Origin: Chloroflexota bacterium
GTDB taxonomy: Bacteria; Chloroflexota; Anaerolineae; Anaerolineales; UBA11579
Direction: 5' to 3'
Length of the DNA stretch: 64,000 nucleotides
NCBI GenBank assembly: GCA_016191875.1
Contig: JACPVG010000003.1
Coordinates: 100,683-164,682, forward strand
How positions within the stretch are numbered: the first letter of the stretch is position 1; every line of letters begins with the position of its first letter. Below are positions 57,200-64,000 of the stretch, in pieces. The notes below the pieces were generated by a model. It ran no database searches. It saw nothing but the letters and a program-made list of their open reading frames with translations, and had not been told where the DNA came from. The position numbers were made by a program, and so were the translations under genes.

Positions 57200-58044
57200 G
57201 CGCGCCCGCTAAACAGCGCGTGGCCCTGGTCATTGGCGCCGGCGGCCTCAAGTGCGCCGCGGCGCTGGGCACCTGGCGGCGGCTGGTGGAGGCGGGCATC
57301 GCCATCGACCTGGTGGTGGGCTGTTCCGGCGGGGCCATCTTCGGCGCGCTGGCGGCGCTGGGCTTTGAGCCCGAGCAGGCCGCCAAGACGGCCATGAAAC
57401 TGTGGCTCGGCGACGTCACCAAGCGGGTCAACTATGCCGCCCTCGGCCGGGCCTCCCTGCCCGGTCTGCTGAAATTCAACGAACGCTTTGGCATCTTCAA
57501 GGACACCCGGCTGCGCATCGGCTTCGAGGCCGCCTACGGCAAGTTCACGATGTTCGAGCAGACCCGTATCCCGTTCCATGTGGTCACCACCGACCTGCAT
57601 ACCGGAAAGCCGGTGGTGCTCAACCGCGGGCGGGTGGCCGAGGCGGTGCGCGCCAGCGCTAGCGTGCCGGTGGTGTTCGAGCCGGTGCTGCTGAACGGGC
57701 GAATGCTGATGGATGGCGCCATCTCCAACCCGCTGCCGGTGGACGTGGCGGTGCGCGAAGGCGCCGACCTGATCATCGCCGTGGCTTTCGAGACGCCCCG
57801 CCAGCCGGACGTGCGCACAGCCGGGGCCTACGCCCTGCAGATGTTCGCCAACATCACCAACCAGCTGCTGGCCTACCAGTTTGCCGCTGCCAACCTGATG
57901 CACCACGCCGAGATCGTCACCATCGCGCCGCACTTCGAGCAGAATATCTCCTTCAACGATGTCGCCAGGATTCCGTTCATCATCGAACAGGGCGCGCTGG
58001 CCGCCGAGCCACACCTGGACTATTTGAAGCGGCTGCTGGGGTAA
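57196..58044 (+). CDS. Patatin-like phospholipase family protein
   Basis: VALVIGAGGLKCAAALG. GCSGG (GxSxG). MDGAISNPLP (DGA). ATGA overlap with the upstream paralogue. Confidence 0.85.
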   Translation: MSAPAKQRVALVIGAGGLKCAAALGTWRRLVEAGIAIDLVVGCSGGAIFGALAALGFEPEQAAKTAMKLWLGDVTKRVNYAALGRASLPGLLKFNERFGIFKDTRLRIGFEAAYGKFTMFEQTRIPFHVVTTDLHTGKPVVLNRGRVAEAVRASASVPVVFEPVLLNGRMLMDGAISNPLPVDVAVREGADLIIAVAFETPRQPDVRTAGAYALQMFANITNQLLAYQFAAANLMHHAEIVTIAPHFEQNISFNDVARIPFIIEQGALAAEPHLDYLKRLLG

Positions 58045-58061
58045 TATTGGAGTTGTGGCGC

Positions 58062-58226
58062 GTGAGTGTACAAGGAGAGTTGGCAGTGAACAACGAAGAC
58101 CCGCGTCGTGGTTGGGCTGAAGCCTTCGCACAAATGGCCGCCAGTGGAGAAGATATTCTTATCGAGACTGAAGCTCTCGACCATGAGTGGGATTTGGAGG
58201 ACTGGGAGTCCACGCCACTCGCGTAA
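58062..58226 (+). pseudogene. Remnant of a MazE/PemI (SpoVT-AbrB) antitoxin: C-terminal half only
   Basis: Reading frame gives ...NNEDPRRGWAEAFAQMAASGEDILIETEALDHEWDLEDWES. This resembles the acidic W-rich MazE C-terminus. The N-terminal beta-barrel domain and an intact toxin gene are both absent. Confidence 0.3.
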
Positions 58227-58384
58227 CCGCGCTCACCACGCTGACGGCGATGTTCGCGGAGTAAGGAAGTCGAACGACATAAGTCCACTGGAATCGGGTG
58301 TCCAAAGGCGGTTGAACTATGGACAGGGGGAAGGCCATTCCTTAGAACCTGTTTAAGAAGTCTTTGAAAGGGTAAGCAACACGG

Positions 58385-58412
58385 GTAGGGGCGACCTGCA
58401 GGTCGCCCCTGC
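58385..58412. repeat. REP-like hairpin, GTAGGGGCG family (variant head)
   Basis: GTAGGGGCGACCTGCAGGTCGCCCCTGC. Confidence 0.8.
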
Positions 58413-58485
58413 GCATCGATTTGCTGTATCAATCGTTCCTGGGAATTCCGTTTTGAGCAAGCAGCAACCCTTTTTAAACAGCTTC

Positions 58486-59637
58486 TTAGGGCCCGGTTCC
58501 CGGCCCTACCCCCGGCGGCAGGCCGCAGCCTTCCAGCGTCACGATGTTGCAGCCCTCGATGACACAGCCCTCGCCGGTGATGAAGTTGCAGTTCTCCAGC
58601 AGCGCGCACTCCGGGTAGACCGACGAATCGCAGAACGCCCCCAGCAGGCAGCCCTCGCCCGTCACCAGGTTGCAGCCCCAGGGCAGCGTGCAGCCTTCCC
58701 CCGTATCCGGGTCACAGCCGGGCGGCAGGTCGCAGCCCTGGCCGGTGATGGGGTTGCAGCCGGAGGGCAGCGTGCAGCCCAGGCCGGTGGCCGGGTCGCA
58801 GTCCGGCGGCAGGTCGCAGCCCGCGCCGGTCAGCGGGTCGCAATCCAGCGGCAGTTCACAGCCTTCGCCGGTGGCCGGGTCGCAGCCTTCCGGTAGGTCG
58901 TCCGGGTCCAGCAGCCCCTGGTCAACCGCCAGGTTCACCGCCCCCGGCACGTTGGCGATCCAGGCGTTCAACTGATAGGGTTCCATGCGCTCGGGCGGGG
59001 TGGGCGGCGCGCCGGCGTCCAGGATCTCGGCGCGCTGGCCGCCGCTGAACTGCACGCTGCCCAGGCTGTTGGCGACGCTGCACACGCCCTCCAGGCAGGT
59101 GGCGAACAACTGCCCCAGCGCGTTCAGGCGCACGCCCAGCCAGGTGCCGCGCACCGAGGCCGTCCCGGAAATGGTATCCACCTTGAATGTGCCGCCGCCC
59201 AGCGCCCCTTCCAGGATGACGAACAGTTCGCCCTTCAGCAGTTCGAGCAGCGTCTGCGGCTCGGCCGTGGTCCCTGAAAGGTCATGCAGGATGAACAACG
59301 TGTTGGGGGCCAGGCGCGCCAGCGTGCCTTCGCTGAAGGCCACAGCCGCCCGGCTCTCCGCGCCGGTGTTCACCCGGTTGCCGTTTTCCAGCGCCTGGTC
59401 GACCTGGGCCGCCAGCCATTCTTCCTGCTCGAACGGCTGCCAGAACACCTCATTCTCGAGTTCGCTCAGCCAGGCCTGGCGCGGGCCGGCGGGCGTTTCG
59501 GCAGCGGCCAGGGCGGCCGCGCTGGCAGGCACAGCCGTCGGCGCGTCCCCGCTGGGCGTGGTGAGGGTGAGGTTGCAGGCGACCGCCAGCAGGGCAGCGG
59601 CGCTCAGGATGGTAAGAAACGGAGAACGGATATTCAT
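58486..59637 (-). CDS. Secreted FecR-domain protein with a C-terminal Cys-rich tandem-repeat region
   Basis: Signal peptide (LLAVAC). FecR-like segment RAAVAFSEGTLARLAPNTLF. Nine 14-residue CxPxTGxGCxLPxx repeats. Confidence 0.7.
   Translation of the reverse strand: MNIRSPFLTILSAAALLAVACNLTLTTPSGDAPTAVPASAAALAAAETPAGPRQAWLSELENEVFWQPFEQEEWLAAQVDQALENGNRVNTGAESRAAVAFSEGTLARLAPNTLFILHDLSGTTAEPQTLLELLKGELFVILEGALGGGTFKVDTISGTASVRGTWLGVRLNALGQLFATCLEGVCSVANSLGSVQFSGGQRAEILDAGAPPTPPERMEPYQLNAWIANVPGAVNLAVDQGLLDPDDLPEGCDPATGEGCELPLDCDPLTGAGCDLPPDCDPATGLGCTLPSGCNPITGQGCDLPPGCDPDTGEGCTLPWGCNLVTGEGCLLGAFCDSSVYPECALLENCNFITGEGCVIEGCNIVTLEGCGLPPGVGPGTGP
58510..58884 (-). repeat. Nine tandem 42-bp coding repeats (CxPxTGxGCxLPxx)
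   Basis: Residues 252-376: CDPATGEGCELPLD, CDPLTGAGCDLPPD, CDPATGLGCTLPSG, CNPITGQGCDLPPG, CDPDTGEGCTLPWG, CNLVTGEGCLLGAF, CDSSVYPECALLEN, CNFITGEGCVIEG, CNIVTLEGCGLPPG. Confidence 0.85.
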
Positions 59638-59734
59638 CGGGTGCTCCCAACGCCATGGTTACTGGTCCAAGCATACCCCAAACGCGGGAACGCGCGGCAT
59701 CCCGGCGGGGTTGCAGATGAACGGAAAGGCTGAA

Positions 59735-60505
59735 TCACCCGGCTGAAGCCTCGACCCCGGAAGCGTGAAGCGGTTTCTGCCACACCACGTACAGGCCCAA
59801 ATCCCCCGTCGCGCCGTCATCCAGGAAGGTTTCGAGCGCGTCAAACCCCGCCTCTCCGGCCAGCCCGGCCAGTTCGCCGGCGCTGAAATGGTGGACGTAA
59901 CGCAGGCCGGGTTCGTCCTCGGCGCGCCAGTCGAGCAGGGTGTCGCCTTCGTCCACTTCGGATTCATTCAGCCCGGCCGCTGCCCAGGGCTGGACCCGCC
60001 CGGCCAGTTTGGGGCTGTTGCGGAACTGCCAGACCGAGAGGGAGAACTGCCCGCCATCGGCCAATGCGGCGTGGACCTGATTCAGGAATGTCCGCCGCAG
60101 GTCGCGGCCGGGCAGGTGGTGAAGGGTGGCGAAGCAGACGGCAAATTGGTAATTGGCAACCGGTAATTGGGAACGCCATCCCCCGGTGAGGTCGGTTTCC
60201 ACAAAAGTGAAATTGCCTGCCAGGCCGCGCGCCCGCGCCGCCGCCAGCAGGGCGGCGCTGGCGTCCAGCCCCAGGTAGTCGCCGGCAAAGCCCTGTTCCG
60301 CCAGAAACGCCGCCGCTGTGCCGTTGCCGCAGCCCAGATCCAGGACGCGCGCCCCAGCCGGCACGCGCCCCAGCAGCCGCGCCGCGCCGGGGTTGGCGCG
60401 CCCGCGCGTGGCCGAGAACGACGCCGCCCGGCTCTGGTAGAATTGACGGTTAAGTTCGAGCAGGTGAGCGACAACTGTCGAATCCACATGCCGATTGTAA
60501 GACAA
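59735..60505 (-). CDS. Class I SAM-dependent methyltransferase with Trm9/ALKBH8-MT-like motifs
   Basis: FSATR, LDLGCGNG, TLHHLPGRDLRR, SVWQF, DTLLDW and RYVHHFSAGEL. Start is TTG 60505 or GTG 60487. Confidence 0.75.
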   Translation of the reverse strand: MSYNRHVDSTVVAHLLELNRQFYQSRAASFSATRGRANPGAARLLGRVPAGARVLDLGCGNGTAAAFLAEQGFAGDYLGLDASAALLAAARARGLAGNFTFVETDLTGGWRSQLPVANYQFAVCFATLHHLPGRDLRRTFLNQVHAALADGGQFSLSVWQFRNSPKLAGRVQPWAAAGLNESEVDEGDTLLDWRAEDEPGLRYVHHFSAGELAGLAGEAGFDALETFLDDGATGDLGLYVVWQKPLHASGVEASAG

Positions 60506-60592
60506 AAGGCCAACGCGTGATGCGGCATCGAGTTACCAAGGGTTTCCTCATTCCTCGTCGCCCCGGCAACTTGTCGGCCTGTTCAGAAAACA

Positions 60593-62257
60593 ATGACTGA
60601 GAAACTGGAGCACGCCCAAACCCCCGCCTGGCGGGCGGCCAAACGCCACTCGCCGGAACGCCTGGCCGCCGCGCGCCTGGCGCTGGAAGCCGTGCAGGCC
60701 GGCATGGACGTGTTCGACGCCATCCAGAAGCACCCCATCCCGGCCGAGTTCGGCGGCGGCTACCTGGGCAAGCACCACCTGGTGGCCGCCTACCGGCAGT
60801 TGGTCGAAGCCGATGCCATCGAGGAAGACCCGGCCCTGCTGGCGCGCATCCGCATGAAACCTATGCGCACCCAGAGCGGCGTGACGGTTGTCACCGTGCT
60901 CACCAAGCCCTACCCCTGCCCCGGCAAGTGCGTGTTCTGCCCCACCGACTACCGCATGCCCAAATCCTACCTGCCGGACGAACCCGGCGCGATGCGCGCC
61001 CTGCATTACGAGTTCGACCCCTACGCCCAGGCCGCCGGGCGCATCGCCCAACTGGAAGCCGTCGGTCACCCGACCGACAAGGTCGAACTGCTCATCCTGG
61101 GCGGCACCTGGAGCAGTTACCGCAAGGACTACCAGGAGTGGTTCGTCAAAGAACTGTTCGCGGCGCTCAACAGCCTGCCGTCCACGCCGGAAGGCGAAGC
61201 CGGCCCCTATTCCCTCGAAGAGCTGCAGGCGCTGAACGAAACCGCCGCCCATCGCAACGTCGGGTTGGTCATTGAAACCCGCCCCGACCACGTGAACCCC
61301 GAAGAACTGGGCTGGCTGCGCCGTTTGGGCGTCACCAAAGTGCAGATGGGCGCGCAGAGCCTCGACGACCGCATCCTCGACCTCAACCAGCGCGGCCACT
61401 CCGTGGCCGAGACGCACACCGCCAGCGCCCTGCTGCGCGCCGCCGGCTTCAAGATCGTGCTGCACTGGATGCCCAACCTGCTGGGCGCCACGCCGGAGAG
61501 CGACCGGGAGGACTTCACGAAATTGTGGGCTGGCCTGTGCCCGGACGAGATCAAGATCTACCCCTGCCAGCTGCTGGAAAACGCAGACCTGTACCAGAAC
61601 TGGCAGCGCGGCGAGTACCGGCCCTATACCACAGACGAACTGGTCAGCCTGCTGGCCGACATCAAGCCCGGCATCCCGCGCTACTGTCGCGTCAACCGGG
61701 TCATCCGCGACATCCCCAGCACCAACGTGGTGGCGGGCAACCGGGTCACCAGCCTGCGCCTGGACGCCCAGCGCGAACTCCAGCGGCGCGGCCTGCGCTG
61801 CCAGTGCGTGCGCTGCCGCGAGGTGCGCGGGGCGGCGGTTGACCCAGAGGCCCTGATCTTCCACAACCTGACCTACCCGGCCGGCTGCGCCGAAGAGCGC
61901 TTCCTCTCGTTCGACACGCCCGATGACCGGCTGGCGGGTTTCCTGCGCCTCTCCCTGCCCGCGCCGGACGCGCCCGCCACCGGCCTGCCCGACCTGGACG
62001 GCGCGGCCATTATCCGCGAGGTGCATGTGTACGGCCAGTCGCTGGAGGTGGGCGAGGAACAGGCCGGCGCGGCCCAGCACATCGGCCTGGGCACACGTCT
62101 GCTGGAGGAGGCCGAGCGCATCGCCTGCGAGCAGGGTTACGCCCGCCTGGCGGTCATCGCCGCGGTCGGCACGCGCCGCTACTACGCCGGCCGCGGCTTT
62201 GAGATGGGGGCGCGGTATATGGTCAAAGATCTGGTCACCGAGGCAACAGGTCAATGA
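60593..62257 (+). CDS. elp3: Elp3-family radical SAM / GNAT enzyme (tRNA U34 carboxymethylation type)
   Basis: 554 aa. CPGKCVFCP (CX3CX2C). LILGGTWS, ETRPDHV, VQMGAQSLDD, HWMPNL. C-terminal GNAT with REVHVYG...QHIGLGTRLLEEAE. Confidence 0.88.
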   Translation: MTEKLEHAQTPAWRAAKRHSPERLAAARLALEAVQAGMDVFDAIQKHPIPAEFGGGYLGKHHLVAAYRQLVEADAIEEDPALLARIRMKPMRTQSGVTVVTVLTKPYPCPGKCVFCPTDYRMPKSYLPDEPGAMRALHYEFDPYAQAAGRIAQLEAVGHPTDKVELLILGGTWSSYRKDYQEWFVKELFAALNSLPSTPEGEAGPYSLEELQALNETAAHRNVGLVIETRPDHVNPEELGWLRRLGVTKVQMGAQSLDDRILDLNQRGHSVAETHTASALLRAAGFKIVLHWMPNLLGATPESDREDFTKLWAGLCPDEIKIYPCQLLENADLYQNWQRGEYRPYTTDELVSLLADIKPGIPRYCRVNRVIRDIPSTNVVAGNRVTSLRLDAQRELQRRGLRCQCVRCREVRGAAVDPEALIFHNLTYPAGCAEERFLSFDTPDDRLAGFLRLSLPAPDAPATGLPDLDGAAIIREVHVYGQSLEVGEEQAGAAQHIGLGTRLLEEAERIACEQGYARLAVIAAVGTRRYYAGRGFEMGARYMVKDLVTEATGQ

Positions 62258-62323
62258 GTGATGCGGAAGGCTTAGTTCCTCGTTGACGCATACCTCGTTG
62301 ACCTTCAGAACCCAAGGGCCACA

Positions 62324-63124
62324 ATGACCTCCACCAATCCCGTCATCACCCTCACTACCGACTTCGGGCTGCGGGATGGTTTCGTCGGCGTGATGAAGGG
62401 CGTCATCTACGGCATCTGCCCCCATGCCCACATCGTCGACATCAGCCACGACGTCGGGCCGCAGGACGTGCGCGAAGGCGCCTACGTGCTGGCGCGCCAG
62501 GCATTCTACTTCCCGGAGAACACCGTGCACATCGCCGTGGTGGACCCCGGCGTGGGCACCGCCCGCCGCCCGCTGGCGGCCAGGGTCGGCCAGCATTTCT
62601 ATGTCGCCCCGGATAATGGCGTCTTGACCCCGGTCTACGAAAAGGCCGGGCAGGAAGGCTGGCCGCTGCACGTGGTGCAGCTCAACAAGCCGGAATACTG
62701 GCTGAAGAACATTTCGTACATCTTCCATGGCCGCGACATCTTCTCGCCGGTAGGGGCGCACCTGGCGTGCGGCGTGCCGCTGGAAGAGGTCGGCGACCCG
62801 ATCGACGACCCGGCCTACCTGCGGCTGCCCCGCCCGGAGTTTGAGGGCGGCATCTGGCAGGGCGAGGTGACGCACATCGACCACTTCGGCAACATCGCCA
62901 GCAACATCCACCGCGAGCACGTCGGCGCCGGGCAGGTGCAGGCAGCCCGCGTGGGCGGCCAACGCGTGGCGGACTGGGTCAACGCCTTCGGCGACCGGCC
63001 GCCGGGCACGCTGGTGTGCCTGTACAGCAGCATCGATTTTGTCATCGTGTCGGAGGTCAATGGCGACGCCGCGGCGCGCCTGGGCGTAAAGGTGGGGGAC
63101 GCGTTTGAGGTGGAAATAGCTTGA
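62324..63124 (+). CDS. SAM hydroxide adenosyltransferase / SAM hydrolase family (DUF62)
   Basis: VITLTTDFGLRDGFVGVMKGVI, VVDPGVGT, APDNGVLT, FHGRDIFSPV, IDHFGN. Confidence 0.85.
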   Translation: MTSTNPVITLTTDFGLRDGFVGVMKGVIYGICPHAHIVDISHDVGPQDVREGAYVLARQAFYFPENTVHIAVVDPGVGTARRPLAARVGQHFYVAPDNGVLTPVYEKAGQEGWPLHVVQLNKPEYWLKNISYIFHGRDIFSPVGAHLACGVPLEEVGDPIDDPAYLRLPRPEFEGGIWQGEVTHIDHFGNIASNIHREHVGAGQVQAARVGGQRVADWVNAFGDRPPGTLVCLYSSIDFVIVSEVNGDAAARLGVKVGDAFEVEIA

Positions 63125-63915
63125 ACCCCTCCGGCGTCATCACCCTCACCACGGATTTCGGCGGCGGGGGCGGGGTGCTGCGCGGCGTCATCTGGGGCAT
63201 CGCGCCCCACGCCCAGGTGGCCGACCTGACCCACGCCATCGAACCGCAGAACATCCGCATGGCCGCCTGGTACCTCACCCGCCAGGTGTTCTTCTTCCCG
63301 GAAGGCAGCGTGCATGTGGCGGTGGTGGACCCCGGCGTGGGCACGCCGCGCCGCCCGCTGGCCGTGCAGGCCGGGCCGCAATACTTCGTCGGGCCGGACA
63401 ACGGCCTGTTCACGCCCTTCTACGAAATGGCCGAGGAGCGCGGCTGGCCGCTCAAGGTCGTCCACACGGATAACCCCGACTACTGGTTGTCGAAAGTCAG
63501 CGATGTATTCCACGGCCGCGATATCTTTGCGCCGGTGGCCGCGCATCTGGCACGCGGCGTGCCCATTGAAGACCTTGGGACGCCGGTGACCGCTGCGGTG
63601 CGCGTGCCCTTCCCGCGCCCGCAGCGCAATGGGGATGAGTTGCACGGCGAAGTCATCCTCCTCTACCGCCATCTCGGCAACATCATCACCAACATCGACC
63701 GCCCGCACCTGAACGGCATCGACCCGGCCGGCGTGACGGTGCAATTCGGCGGGACGGCGATAAATGGCCTGGCGCGCACCTTCGGCGAACGCCAGCCGGG
63801 CGAACTCATCGCCCTGTTCGGCAGCAACGACGAATTGATGATCTCGGTGGTCAATGGCAGCGCCATCGAGATGCTCAAGCCAGAAATAGGGGACCCGGTC
63901 CTCGTCCGGTTCTGA
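63121..63915 (+). CDS. Second, divergent DUF62 (SAM hydrolase family) paralogue
   Basis: TTG start overlapping the upstream stop (TTGA). VITLTTDFGGGGGVLRGVI, VVDPGVGT, GPDNGLFT, FHGRDIFAPV. YRHLGN sits in place of IDHFGN. Confidence 0.8.
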   Translation: MNPSGVITLTTDFGGGGGVLRGVIWGIAPHAQVADLTHAIEPQNIRMAAWYLTRQVFFFPEGSVHVAVVDPGVGTPRRPLAVQAGPQYFVGPDNGLFTPFYEMAEERGWPLKVVHTDNPDYWLSKVSDVFHGRDIFAPVAAHLARGVPIEDLGTPVTAAVRVPFPRPQRNGDELHGEVILLYRHLGNIITNIDRPHLNGIDPAGVTVQFGGTAINGLARTFGERQPGELIALFGSNDELMISVVNGSAIEMLKPEIGDPVLVRF

Positions 63916-64000
63916 CCGGTTCTTGATCCGCCTCAAGCGCCGGATTCCCCTGGAGATGCCCACATGAAACGCCTCTGGATGTTACGCTGGATGATTTTTG

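Noticed and set aside
58510-58884. Regular 42-bp tandem periodicity, checked as a possible CRISPR array
   Set aside because: The units are contiguous with no spacers. They lie in-frame inside a long ORF with a signal peptide, and they encode a consistent Cys-rich peptide repeat. No cas genes are in the window.
62298-62326. TTGACC-16/17-CACAAT as a promoter for the DUF62 gene
   Set aside because: The -10 candidate overlaps the ATG at 62324, so a TSS would fall inside the coding region. The N-terminus aligns with its paralogue, so the start cannot move. The gene is more likely co-transcribed with elp3.
60548-62962. 804-aa ORF on the minus strand
   Set aside because: It is antisense to elp3 and the first DUF62 gene. 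Same shadow-ORF composition.

Overview
A 64-kb chromosomal window from a high-GC bacterium (about two-thirds G+C by eye). Gene content and repeat vocabulary suggest Chloroflexota, but that is an inference only. I call about 55 protein genes, 2 tRNAs (Val-GAC, Leu-CAA), one T-box riboswitch, and several sigma70-type promoters and intrinsic terminators. Content in order: a six-gene translationally coupled envelope glycosylation operon (200-7935); ABC1 kinase; phhA behind an unusual Tyr-codon leader; dodecin and a TetR-hydrolase pair; T-box-thrS; a REP-associated tyrosine transposase-like gene; pdxST; an R3H ATPase; a higBA toxin-antitoxin pair; tmk; ychF; dus; a membrane-anchored TIR-domain protein directly downstream of dnaA; a candidate oriC; menA; an HD-GYP/GAF sensor; a low-GC orphan HEPN-like gene; radA; clpC; gdh; gatB; recO; two tandem patatin-like genes; a FecR protein with Cys-rich tandem repeats; and a divergent Trm9-like methyltransferase / bacterial Elp3 / two SAM-hydrolase (DUF62) cluster. 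Most worth a second look: (1) the Elp3-Trm9-DUF62 locus as a possible bacterial mcm5U34 module; (2) the promoter, YRPYYY (all rare TAT codons) mini-ORF and terminator in front of phhA as a possible tyrosine-sensing attenuator; (3) the lipoprotein-TM-TIR protein next to dnaA; (4) families of GTAGGG...CCCTAC hairpin repeats, one copy sitting in-frame inside the RAYT-like gene; (5) recurrent leaderless-type promoter geometry. All product calls come from reading motifs in the supplied translations. No database search was run. The many long Arg/Ala/Gly/Pro-rich ORFs antisense to recognisable genes are treated as GC-driven shadow ORFs.
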